A stretch of DNA of 64,000 nucleotides from the human T2T-CHM13v2.0 reference genome, Homo sapiens. Under the pieces are notes generated by a model. It saw nothing but the letters and a program-made list of their open reading frames with translations, had not been told where the DNA came from and ran no database searches. The stretch lies in assembly GCF_009914755.1 (NCBI RefSeq), contig NC_060947.1; one strand, given 5' to 3'. A program made the position numbers and the translations under genes. Positions 42,609 to 62,952 of this stretch are shown here, piece after piece (within the stretch, counting starts at the first letter, position 1; every line of letters begins with the position of its first letter).

Positions 42609-44127
42609 GAGCTTATACAAGAAACAGCATGAACTTGCTTGGGGCCAGTTTATTAAATCCAATGAAGCTCTATTAGATACAATAAAATTAGACACTTTAG
42701 AAATGTACAAAAGGCCTAAATTTGGGTAGTCTCATGCCTTCCCAAGGGCAGGTATTTTCCCTCTTCCTCCCTGCCTCTCCCGAGTGATTCCTTGCACACG
42801 TGGAAGGGAGATCTGGCAGGATGCTGAACTAGCCTGACGCTATGCTGGTCATGGCCTCCATGTTTCCTGTGAAACCCACAAGAATAGTTGAGCACAATTC
42901 TTAATAGGATGGCAGTGTCTCTTGCTGACCCGCCCATGCTCCTTGACTCTGCAGAGGGCTTGTAACAGGGGCTCATCCAAGGTCAACCTCAAAACTCCAC
43001 CTCAGACATCAAATGGAGTCTGAAAGAGCCCAAGGAAGCCTGGCTCCTTATAGAAGTCACAGTGATCATTGGAGTTGATGACTGCATAAACTATAAGGTG
43101 ACCACCTGACGACAGAGTAGCACTAACCTGACATCATTAACTCACCTACCACAGCTTCTCTGGCCTCGAAGGAATTTTTCTGCAGTACTGTGCTGTGAAG
43201 TATTCAGGAATTATGTTTTGTGCTGTAACGTGCCATAGCCATAAACCAAAATAAAGTTTTTAAAAATGAGATAGCTACTTAACTAACCTGTTAAGATTTA
43301 GGCTAATGATTAGTTCTCTGGCATTACACATCCTCGAGGCATGCACCGTAGGGTAAAGGACACCAGAATATGAGATATCAGTGGTCTGGACAAACAGATA
43401 CTTTTACTTCAGAGCAGTGGGAGGGGAGATGGAAGTGTTAGTACCATCCTGTGATCACATAAAGGTGACTCTTCACCTGCAGTTGCTAGGGAGAGGCTTG
43501 TTTGTTACTCAAATGAACAGGAAATTAAGAGATGAGCTTAGTTAATGCTAGGAATGCTTCATGGCTCTCTATAAGTAAGCACAAACTTGTGGGGTAGGCA
43601 TTGTGACAACGAGGTGCCTGTAAATATGAAGTTCAGTGCACATGATGTGGCAAAAAAGACTTCTGCGATTCAGACAAGCACTTCTTCCAAAGAGCTCTAA
43701 GCACAACCCTGACGCTGTTTCCTTCATTCTCAGGACACTTCTGTGAATTAGCCAAAGGTCAAACCCAGTCCTTCTGCTTAGACAGAGGTAGAGGGAGAGC
43801 AAGTCACCAGTCGGGAGGAGCAGAGGGGGCACCATAGTGGGGACTGCCTGGCTCGTCCCTCTGCCCTTGTCTTCTTCCTCTGCCGGGCACTCTCCTGTCT
43901 CTCCACAGGGCTGAGCAGGATGTGGTTCTCACAGCCAGTGGCCTAAGTGCCCAGCAGTCACCGGAGAACCAGGCCCACTGAACCTTGGGGGAAGCCCTCT
44001 GCTGTTAGGGAAGGAGACAGATGCAGCTGTTTATTAAGGGTGACCCTGTGCATCCACTGTGCGGAGCAGCAATTTGCAGGCCCAAGTGGACTCAATCTTT
44101 GGGAAAACACAGAGCTAGATGGATTCT

Positions 44128-44240
44128 TATTACTGCCATTTCACACAGGAAGAAACCTGCTCACAGGGAGTAAGTGAAGGTCCAGGATCACATGGCCAGA
44201 AAGTGGTGAACAGGGATCTCCAACCCAAATCCTCTGACCT
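44128..44240 (-). mobile_element. MIR fragment
   Basis: ccatttcacacaggaagaaacctgctcacagggagtaagtgaaggtccaggatcacatggcc. Confidence 0.6.
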
Positions 44241-46099
44241 GCTATTGAATCTGGCTGGGCAGCCTCTGGCCAGCTGTCTATGAAAGGCTGGCAGGCAGCA
44301 GAGTGTGGCCCTAGAGGATCTGATGAACGGGTGAAAACCTAAAATGGGGAAACTCACACAGGATGGGTTCATTTTCTACAATGCTTCAGGTGACACCATT
44401 TTTCTAAGTTTTAACTTAACAAAGAACATGAGAGTGTTAATAAGAATTGTATGTTCTTGGGTACATCACGTGGGACAGAATTTACATAGAATATATATAT
44501 ATATCTTTCAAAACATATATTCAGCCATTGATAACTCTGTTGCTTTATTAAATATTATGATTCTTAGATTAGTTGTATCATCTGTGAATGAGATTGATAA
44601 TTGTGTTTGCAATAAGATATATTCATAAATTCCATTCATTAATAATAACCATTAAGAACTGCTTGAATTTCATGTCTTAGACCATATAGTAGCTTATATG
44701 TAATATTATCATTTAATTCACCAGTGTCCACAGAGAGGACAGAGCAACACATGTCACAGGAAGAATCACAACACTATTTGATAATCCCTGTCTTGGGTTC
44801 TTTTTTGGAATGAGGTGGGGTATATATAAATAAATAGTAAATGAAGTCAACATGACCATGCTTTTGTATATTTCTTTCTGGTTTACCTCGTTTCACCTCT
44901 CTTTTCATATGAAAGTTCTTGCTCCATTAAGTTCATATCAACTGCAATGCCACATTCTCTTTCCCATTGCCATCACCTTCTGACCTTTAGAAGTTCCCTA
45001 TATGAATAATGCCTTCAGCACTTTTGTCATCGTTTTCAGCTTCACCCCAACTGCCAGCATGATTCTGAGATTTTATGGTGCCGAGAGGAGCCCCCCTCAC
45101 CAATGTCCTGGCCTCACAGGCCTTGATTTCCTCAGAGCCAGTGAGGCAGTCCTCTCTCCCCTTCCTCCTCAGCCAGCTCCTTGCACCAGGCCCACAGTTT
45201 ACACTGTCACTGTAAGAAATTGCTGGCCTTCTCTGAATCTCTGGTTTAACCATCCCATGCTGATGCCACCTTCTATCCCTCTTTCAAGGTCTCTGGAGGA
45301 TAGTGTTCCTCCTGCAGAAGGTGATCCACGCTGCTTACAGGGAACTTCACTTCTGTTCTTGCAGAGTGGGAAACAAGTCAGTTTTGCATACCCGTTGGAG
45401 CTCCAACAGTTCTTTTCCCCAGCCATGGTGTTTGCTAGGTTTTGCTCAGATGGGCCCTGCTTGGTTGTCGTATTAGCCTGAGTGTCTAAGGACACCAGTG
45501 TTCATTCCTCCCTCCTCCTCCACTTTATCCCATTCTCCAGCCCCTCGTTAGTCAGGCTTCATGACTCCTAAACTTTGTGATGTCATTGGTGACACTGGGC
45601 TCTGATCAGATCTTGGCATATGGTTCCTACCAGGTTCGTGGTGGAAACCTGATTACCCTAATGGCCGAATCCACTTTTAGAAGGAAGCCTTGACTTTCTA
45701 CATTGTAGGAAAGTAAATGAGGGTTTCAGTGGAAAACTTTGCCTTGTATAGAGTACATCACTCTAGGTTCTCTGACACTAACCTTGCATTTGTCTTTGAG
45801 CTCATTTCTATCATTTTGTAAGTTGTAGGTCACTGACAGACATGCTTAATATCTCGTACAGTGGAGGTTCAGTTGTATCTCCTTTCATGTTATAATAAAA
45901 CCAGTTTTGCCTCCATTTACACGTTCATTTCAATATCCTTGATCAATATTCTAGTATGTATTCTTTATATTCTTTTTTGAACCAGCCACAATTTCTACTC
46001 ATTTACTCATTAGTTAAATAGACTCTTTAAATACATGTTCATTTCATATCTGTATGAGTATCATGATTTTACTCTGTTTGAAAAATATTTTTAACTGTT

Positions 46100-47000
46100 T
46101 TGGAAGTCCCAGTGAGATGCCCAATGTATTCGCTTGCCAGATCCAGATTATCTTTAATGACAAGAAATTGCACCTCCTATGTGGTTAAAACCCAAATGTG
46201 TCTTTTCTTGGCCCTCTTTAGGTGAATCCAAAGCAATGAGAGAACATTGTTCACTCTCTATTTTTCTAGCTTTAATTTCCCTCTCTACTAATTTTGTGTT
46301 TCTCTTTGGTTTTGTTTCATTTACAGCCAATAAGTTATTCTCCTTTGTTGGCAGCAATCGTTGTGAACTTGATTTTAGGGTCTGACGATTTGGAGATCCC
46401 TCTAAGTAGATAAATGGTGTATAGAAATCTAATGACTGTTGAGTGAAAGAGAACAGAGAATCTGGCTTATCTTTCTTTTTGTCTGTCTTTTTTAAATCTC
46501 AAATCAGTGAAGAATTCCATGTCCTCTTACAGGAAAACAGCTCTTCTATCTAGACTGGGGAGTTTTTCTGTTTCTGTGTTGAATTTTGACCCATGTCTGA
46601 ACAAGAATCGAAGCTATAAGTTGTACTTCTCTGTGCCTGTAGGGATACCTTCACCTTTGATTGTGTGAATGTATTGTGTTTCTTAGTTCCATGTGGTAAT
46701 AATATATATTATAAAGTCTCTCAAATTAAAGGAGCCCTGTTCTGATTGGTATATCTGAATACTTGCTTATATAAATAAAAATTGCCTAAAATTCTCTGAA
46801 ATAAATGAAATTGAACTAATACTTTAAATGTGCTAGAATACAATATATATATTCTTCATGAAACCATTCAGAACCATAATAAAAAATTTAACTACACATA
46901 ATTTAAATAAATATTTGGCAAAAATGAATGGTTTACTTTAGAATTTATTAAAAACAGCTATATCTTTTTTGATGTCAGTGTTATTACAAAAGTGTGTTTT
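46100..47000 (+). mobile_element. Probable ERV1 (MER4-group) internal remnant, apparently resuming at about 53420-55260 after the L1PB
   Basis: AT-rich, leader-like ERV internal texture on both sides of the L1. Family not determined. Confidence 0.35.
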
Positions 47001-47014
47001 TTAATGAGTTGGGG

Positions 47015-53406
<6,392 letters not shown>

Positions 53407-54249
53407 ACAAAGGTGTAATTTTTTAACTTGGGTATGTTTTTCCTGAAAGTAAATAGATTTACTAATCACCTAAACTAGCATACTTCTAGTTATTATTTAA
53501 AATTATGAGGAATATAAATTCATGTTTGACTAAATTGAACCATTGTGATGACAGTCTTTTATTTCCAGTTATAACATTTAGTAGTACGTCAACTTAAAGA
53601 AATTTTCCAAGTTGTTTAGATAATCCTTAGATTGATATTGTATTAGTTGATGAACATTAACTGGATGCCTAGATCATTCCTATGTAAGATAAAATACTGA
53701 AATATTAATTATTAAGCATAAATTGAAATTTGTATACTTTGGCTTTTTAGTAGTAAATCCCACAGAGAGGCTGTATTTTAAGGTCTATCAGTGAACATGT
53801 TCCTTTCTGCCATGTTGAGAATTCTATAGGGAAATTGTGCTGCTGTAGAAACCTGGGCTGTATGGGTTCCCCAAAATTACAGAATGTTCACAATTACCCA
53901 CCCTTTAGTTTTCTTTATAAAACAGATGTGACTTTGTATAAAAGTCATAATTAATAATATCTGAATGAGACTCTGCTAGGAGTCTTAAAAAAATGAGACA
54001 TGCTTTGATTAAAGTAAAAGAATATAGAATGCTTCTGTCTATAAGTGAAATGACTTTTGTTCCAGAATAAGAAAGAGGATGGTGAAGGGCAACACAACAT
54101 ATAGAGATCTGTTTGAGGTTCACAGAAAGTGAATCTGAAAGGGACCACAAATTTGTGTTAAAATTTTGCAAAACCTGGTTCGGTTTTGATGGGTGTATTC
54201 ATAAGATTTCCAAATGCAAACCTAGAATTTGGTTTCTTTTCAAATATAG

Positions 54250-54612
<363 letters not shown>

Positions 54613-55294
54613 TAAAAGTTTGCTCTTCACATTAGAGGCCAATTTGCCCAAATAGCAGAGATGCTATATCTCACTAGAATGACGTTCCACACTGTGTTTT
54701 TGACTTTGTCATGCTCTTGATTATTCTCTTAAAAATACAAAAAAATACAAAAATAAAAATAAAAACCCACAAATACTCTCATTACTGAAAGTGTTGAGTT
54801 TTTGTTTATGTAAATATTGTATTGTCACTTTGATTAATAGGCAGCCAAGCCACAGCCATTCGTACACTAAGACACCCATGATCCCAATCTTAAGTGTTCA
54901 AATCTCCTGGCAAATTTTAATTTTGCCTTTCTCAAATCAAATCCTTAATGGAAAAGGAAATAAAAAATATAAAACCTTCACAGTGTCTTTGGCACATTAA
55001 GGTTTCTTTAATATTTCCCAGGCTATCTTAAAGACTTTCCCCTGGAAATTCACAAAGATTTCTTTTATGCCTGATGGAAGGAGAAGTAATAGAAGTAAAT
55101 ATGTTCATTTGTTATGTTACTATTGATGAGTTTCATAATTGTCCAATTAAAAGTAGATGCTACTTAATATCTAGGACTACCCTGAATTTGCATATATCAT
55201 ATAATCATCATTTGTGAATGAATGAGAAAGATTATGATTTTTGATAATTTATTTCAGTGGTTATAATCAAATTTTCAGATAAAATAGTGAACAA

Positions 55295-55594
<300 letters not shown>

Positions 55595-56729
55595 CTGAAC
55601 TAAATGTTTAATAATATTTATGAAATGTAGCCTATGTCACTAGTATGACTTTTTAAAATTATTTAAAGAGATTTTATTTTGTCCAGAATCTTGGCAGTCA
55701 GGAATCCCAAATAAATGCTGCAACTGATAAGTGCATCATTGTTAGCTGATCTTAGGAAACCATCACAGGCATTTCAACTGTGTTTTCCAACATACGGATT
55801 TGTTTGTTGAAATGTAGCTAGTCAATTTTCATTTTTCCACAAGTCAACCAGCTGATCTCGCAGCCCAATCAGTTTTTTTATTTTTATCTTTCCACCACCC
55901 CCCACCACCTCCACTGCTGGAATACATTTGTAGAGAAGTTTTCAAAAGTTTAGAGTTTAAGAATTCTGTTTCTAGATTGTTAATTGTGCATATGTGAGAA
56001 TTATGGGAGATGACACTGATCCTGTTTGGTGACCACATCACATAATAATGGAAATGTTTCCAAACATACCATTTTCAAAATATTTTCTCCATAATAAAGT
56101 TTATTTTTTAAAGCTATATTTTCATTGTTAAAGTGAAACCTCCATTTTGAGTAAATAGAGTATATGTCATTTATTTATTGATTTAATATATTCTAGGAAG
56201 TAAATCACTGACGAAAAGGTGGCAACTTTTGAATTACTCCTCATTTTTATGAAAAGAAAACATACATAACTTCTGTTAAATTTGACAACTCTTTGAAGTA
56301 CTCTACAGTGAGTGAAATAACCAGTAAGCCTCCATATGGCCTGAGGGATTTCCATAGTCACTCTTCATTTAATTGCAGAGTATTGTACAGATTTTACAGA
56401 TTTTTAAGGTAATGAAATCCATAAATTCCTTTACATGGACAATATATCAAAATATGTTAAAGATGTACAAATGATTGAGGCCACATCAACCTCTTTCCCC
56501 TTTCAAACTTCTACTTTCTCCTCTGAATAGCTGCTATGATGTGAATGTCTTATAAGTGTCTGATGTAAACTGGGTGAGGATCAGGATCAATCTATATATG
56601 AAATATTAGCAAAACTTTGAAAACTTTTTGATAAAATGGATAGAGGAAAACCAAAAGCTCTTAATATTTTCTTCTAGTATTCCAATGGATTTGACTTGTG
56701 TGCCTCATTTTTGGAAGTCAGTGGAATAA

Positions 56730-56933
<204 letters not shown>

Positions 56934-57114
56934 TGATCACTTTTCACTTCCTGTTAGTGGCATATTAGTAAGAGTTTCTGATACCATAGGAATGTACAAC
57001 ATACAAGTCATTTTTGAATATTCCAGTGACATAAACTCTTCAGACCATGAACCCAAACTGAGAATGGAATAGAAAGTGCTTTTTTAACCCTAAAGTAAGA
57101 AGACTTCCTACAGA

Positions 57115-57380
57115 AGGTGCTGTTGGTTGCCTATCATATTTCCCAGCTTTGCCTTTCCTAATACAACCCGTATTTTTTTCAGGATCCACCCTCCTCCCAT
57201 AACCCATGTGCTTTCAGGGTGGGCTGACCCTTCTCCACACCCAGGCCAACATGGTGTAAACCAACTCATCCCCAACGTCAGTGATTCATTTTGGAATGGA
57301 TACGTATTACAGTTTGGCTAATGAAATCAGAGGCATAGACTTTTTGGGAGATGCTTCTGTGCTAAAATTTCCTAAGTCTT

Positions 57381-57433
<53 letters not shown>

Positions 57434-57680
57434 GGGAGGGAGGGAGGGAAGGAGGGAGAGAGAGAGACAGAGAGAAAGAGAAAGGTCTCTTTTCCTCTTT
57501 TGTATATTATCAAAGGACATGATGCCTGGAGATGCAGGTGAATAAGGCTGAAGATCACAGAATGGAAGGAAGCCATCATGTCTTTAGACTTACAGTTATG
57601 TGTATTAATAACTTCCCCTTATTTGTTTAAGTAGCTGAATTGAGGTTTTCTGTTTGGTGTAATTTATAACCCACTAACAC
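57115..57680 (+). mobile_element. Old ERVL LTR (LTR16/LTR33-like)
   Basis: tgttggttgccta...cctttcctaatacaaccc...gtttaagtagctgaattgaggttttctgtt, interrupted by simple repeats. Confidence 0.5.
57383..57480. repeat. (AC)24 microsatellite followed by a (GGGA)n/(GA)n tract
   Basis: Pure AC run at 57383-57430, then ggagggagggagggagggaaggagggagagagag. Confidence 0.97.
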
Positions 57681-58609
57681 ATCATAACTTACCAATACAT
57701 GGACTATATACTGTTATATGGTAAGGCTTCACTCATTGTTATTGAGTATTATTCACCTACATTTTTTTTTAATGTGCTTGTTTGGTTTTCCTACACATAG
57801 CACCTTCAAAGCGGGAATCCTTAAGATTAATGCCAGGATATCAGATATTAGAGGATGTTAGAGGCAAACAAATGACTGTGGGGGATATGAAAGCTGACAG
57901 GCTACTTTTGAAGGAAGAAGATGCTAAAAAGAAAAAGAGCTGGGAGACACAGACTTATACTGTAATACACAAAATGGATACTCGTTATTATGGCTTTGAG
58001 ACATCAAGGGAAAAGTTGAATTATCCTTTTTATATAAAGACTGAGAAGTGTATATTTTACAAAGACTTTCATCAAAAAATTCTAAAATGTATTAAATGTG
58101 TAATGTTTTTTGAAGAGGGAAGTTATGCAGAACATTGTTAGGCAGGCAGGATATTCTTTATTTCTCCCAACACCTAGTACAGAGAAAGGGATGAAGGACA
58201 TACTTAAAATTTGTTAAAGGAGTAAAGAGATGGATTTCGAAGACAAATGATATATAACAGAAACATTTCCAAAAACACTGTTTTCGAAGTGTTTTCTCCG
58301 TAGTAAGAAACCTAGCTCTATAACCTAAATCTATTTTGCAGTTTCATAACCCATCTAACATCTGAATGATTACTTCTAAATATTTTTCTCTACTTAATTT
58401 TCTATGATGTCTGTTCCCCAATTTATCTTCTTTGGATGTTTAAGAAAAAATATTACAAAGAAGTTTTGAAGGTTTTCCTTTTTAAGTTATGCATAGAAAT
58501 GTACCTGCCAAATTTCGAATTTCTTGTCAAATTTCATTCATGTAGCAAGATGAGATTTCAGGGTCACAGTGAAAGTCTATGAATGAAAAAAAATGTTAAA
58601 TATTCATAT

Positions 58610-59465
58610 TAGTGATGCATGGGGTAGGAAGTAGTGGGGAGCGGTCCTCCTAATAGGCAGACAATAAAGGGGGAACGTGTTTGTAGAATAATTTAGAAAC
58701 AATAAGGAAACTAACAGGTGATCTACTTTTTATCACCGTACACCAGCAATTCTAAACAATGTCTGTGATGAAGTATTTTCCCCCCAAAATATTCTACTGG
58801 TCTATATTCTAAACAACTGATGTGGCTACTGTTTGTTTTAATCATCTTTATGTGAACTTCAAATTCGCACATTATTGGTCATCCATGAATAAACATTTAA
58901 CTCTACATAGCAGTTAACTTGAAGACCTCCCAATTGCACATACAGTCTCTACCACACAGACTCAACTACATGCATTTATTTTCAGAGTAAATTCATAATA
59001 GTTTGGAATTGCCTGAGCTACCTTTGGGAGAAGTTACTGTATTCCAACCAGTGGTACTAGATTTTTTTTTTTCTTTAAACAGGAGAATTCATGTAATGAA
59101 TGATGGCACAGTAACTTTAAAGATAAAGACATAAAACATGACTTGCTTAAATTTTGACATTGTATGACACCCCTTTAGAATTTTTGTGTTCAGAAAGTTA
59201 AACAGTGAAGCAGGATGTGACCTATAAGGGGTAGTATTTTTGTTTGTAAGGAGTACATTTTTAATGAATGAAATATGTTACTATATTGGAAAAAGACATT
59301 TACAGTGAAAATTATTTTATTGTTTTGAAACTAAGGAAGAAATTCAGAAAATAATGACTATCACTGAGTTTTGCATGATTTTTAGTGACACTAATTTTAT
59401 CATGTAGAGGAAGAGGGTGTTAAAATATGATTCACTTTCGTAGTCGGGTACCCTATTACTTCTCT
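58610..59465 (+). mobile_element. Arthur1-like hAT-Tip100 DNA transposon
   Basis: gggagcggtcc...caataaaggggg...gcaattctaaacaatgtc...ttctaaacaactg matches the recalled Arthur1 5' end. Confidence 0.65.
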
Positions 59466-59899
59466 AGGTCATCCCTCCTATGTAACATGCACACTGTTAA
59501 GGCATGAATTAATTATTTTGGAAGTCAACTTACCAAATAAACCAGTGCTACCATTTTCTAGTCTCCATGGATCAGTTTGAGAGCCATGAAAAGGATTAAA
59601 ATGATCCTTACAATATACAGATAGTCTTCTAGTAAGTCATGACACACTGTAATTAAGTTGTAACTGTTAGTCTCTCTGCTTGTTCCTTTCCTATCTTGAA
59701 ATGAATATGTTCAAGATCAAATATGAACAAGCATTTACTCAGTGGAAGATGAAATGGGTATGATATGAATAGATTAATGACATCACATGTGCCTTCTTTG
59801 AAGAAATTAATTATCCAAATGATGTTAGTGACGTGAAGCCTCCTGGGGGCACTTCTCATTCTACTTTCAGTAATGAGCTGTATCCTGTCAACTTACTCA

Positions 59900-60262
59900 G
59901 CAAAATTCACAGGAATGCATGTTTCTCTTTCATGGGACACTTCTCTGGGACTTAATGATTCCACACTCTTTCTCTTTTTCTACTACCTTTCTGGATTTTC
60001 TTCTCTGTCTCCTTTGCTGGCTGATATTTGTTTTACTAGCCTTTCCACATGAGAGTTTTTTAATACTATGTCCTAGACTTCTTCCTCATCTCATGTTATA
60101 TTCTTATCAAAGATAATCTCATGTATGCTCTTGACTTCAACCAGCATGTATGAGTGGATAGCGTCAAAATTTCTATCTCCAGTCTCTCCATAAACTCCTT
60201 GTAGTCACTAACAGTTGGAGATTGCCACCTGACTGTCTCAGGGACACTTCAAACTCAACCTT
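59900..60262 (-). mobile_element. L2 fragment
   Basis: caaaatttctatctccagtc...gccacctgactgtctcagggacacttcaaactcaac. Confidence 0.55.
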
Positions 60263-60264
60263 TA

Positions 60265-60597
60265 TGTTTCAATTATCTATTGTCGTGTGAATATTATAGC
60301 TAAAACAATGAAGATTTATTATATTTTAAAATTCTCTGCACTGACTGGGTGGTTTTTAATGCTCCACTTGGTGTGGGCTGTAGAGTTACTCGTGCATCAG
60401 ATGGAGGCTGGACTAGTTGGAACCTCTAAGATGTCCCCTCTTTCCACATGATGTCTCTTCCATCAGGGCCTCTTCATATGGCCTCTTTCTTTAACAAGTT
60501 AGCCTGGACTTTTTAATAGCATTACAGCTGGATGTCAAGATTGCAAAAGTAGAAGCTTCCAGGCCTCTTAAGGCCTTGTCCCAGAAGTGGCACAGAT
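60265..60597 (-). mobile_element. Old MLT1 (K/L-like) LTR fragment
   Basis: agttagcctggacttttt...agaagcttccaggcctcttaaggccttgtcccagaagtggcacag. Confidence 0.55.
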
Positions 60598-60690
60598 CAG
60601 GGAAGCCCATTGCTTTAGCCAAGTGCATGTACCTATGAAAATCTTAAGTTTTAGAGATAAAGTAGGTATTACCATCATAGAAGGGGTTTC

Positions 60691-60812
60691 AAAAAAAAAA
60701 AGGAAGGAAGGAAGGATGGGAGAAAGAAAGGAAGAGGAAAGGGAGAAAGAAAGGAAGAGGAAAGGAAGAAAGAAAGGAGGAAAAGTAGGAAAGATGGAAA
60801 AAGAAAAGAAAA
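60691..60812. repeat. Polypurine low-complexity tract
   Basis: About 120 bp of almost pure A/G (GGAA/GAAA units). Confidence 0.9.
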
Positions 60813-60847
60813 TAATCTCAAATCAGCTTCTTAAAATAAGAGGAGGA

Positions 60848-61169
<322 letters not shown>

Positions 61170-62952
61170 TCAGCAATCAGCGTCATTGACACTGACACTT
61201 GATCAGTGTCTGAAGTGAGAGCAGCTGTTAGGAAATCCTACTTCTATCTATCAAGAAGGGTTTATTTAAGAAAATAGATGACATACACGCTATAATTATC
61301 AATATAGTTTCTTCCATGGGCTACCAAGTCCAAAGTATTATTGCTTTTGCATAATTTATGCTGATAACCTTGGAATCATGGTTTGGATGGTTTAAACCTC
61401 TCTCTCCATACCAATTGAATCATTCATCAAATCATATGGAATCTCCCTATGTGTAACCTCCCGTCAAGTCCTCCATTTTAATTTCTGTCACCACTACTCT
61501 GCTGTATTTTCCTTTCGCCTCAAATTTGAGGTATTATAAAAATCTTATAATGGCCTATCCCGGATCTAAGCTATCTTACACATTAATTACACAGATTCCC
61601 CATTGCTTATGTAATACAGGCCAAACATCTTAGCCTGGCATTGAGTGTTCTCTATAAATCGTTGCTTTAACTTTATTTCTAGCTCCCTTATACACAAACT
61701 TCCCTATAAGGCCAACTGGATGAGTTTCCTGTATTTAATTGGTCAAGCTCTTCTCCACCTGAATTGTTCTTCCCTCATACTAATTTTCCCAAATCCTGCC
61801 TTCTTTGTGTGTCTTGGCTCAAGTACCATCACATATCTTTCTGGACCACCCTAGCCTTCAATGATCATCAGTCATCTATGTTCCTCTTAAAATCAGAGCC
61901 AATTGGCTTTTAGTGTAAACCAGTTTACTGTTTCTTAAGGTTTCACGAGTCTTAAATTAGGTAACAAAGTCTTCTGGAATGCATCAATATAATTAGTCAA
62001 AAATAAATGTTCAATGTATTTGTTTTCTTTACTTTTGAGGAAAAAAGAAATTAACAGTCTCGGATTATGTATCTCCTTTATACAAAGCTGCTGTCTGCCA
62101 CCAAACTTATTGGGAATGAAATGAACAGCATAAGAATCTGCTTTTAGAACCAGAGACAGGGCAGATCTAGGGATCCAGGTGTCAAGAACCTCCCAGTATT
62201 TTCAGGTATTGACCATCAGGATGAATTAAATCTTACCATTTTTTTTTATTTTTCTGATACATTTTGTTCATAAATTAATTTGAAGAGAGAGTGATTGGCA
62301 GAGCTTCAACCACACACACTTTCTACTTGAAGTATGAGGGGGAGTGGGTCTGATGAAAACTTGAATGACTTCCTATCAAGACTAGTGAGAGAGAGGTAAT
62401 TCTCCAAAACAGACTAGTGAAGCAGTTATCAGAAAAGAAGGAAGCAAATGTTAGGCAAGCATGTAATTCTTTCTTTATATTAAATCATATGACTTACCTG
62501 TGTTTAATATATTCAGAGCCTGACAATGAGAGAGAATAACTTAGAAAGCAAGGGAGATTAGTTCCAGTAGAAAGACTAATATTTATTTTGTTGAGATGGT
62601 AGGAAGTGGGAGTAGAGGAACAATTCAAAAGCTGTTCTTGACTCGCTTTTAAACTCTTCATGGTGGCCAGAATTGCTTTCAAAAATACTATATTTCCCGT
62701 AGACAGCATATTAATTTGCATTTCAAGCATTTTGATAACTGTTAAATTATTTTTGTCTTGAATACACTATTTTATAGTGTTTTATAATGCTAGTTGAGCT
62801 CTCTGGAATTTCTAAGAAAAGTTCCAGAAATTAAATCTCCTGGGTAATGTGTGAATAACAGAAAAGGATCCAATGTATTCTCACCAAAAGATAACTGTCC
62901 CTAATGTTAAAAAGCAGGGGAAGATGTCATCATTTTATTGTTAACCTGACGG

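Noticed and set aside
43815-43835. CTCF-like GCAGAGGGGGCACC
   Set aside because: Lacks the 5' CCA half of the core motif in either register.
45002-45481. 159-aa ORF
   Set aside because: No recognisable domain or exon structure. Overlapping ORFs on both strands suggest stop-poor composition only.
62490-62730. Minus-strand ORF ending at a CAG/GTAAGT donor-like site
   Set aside because: No clear acceptor, partner exon or protein similarity.
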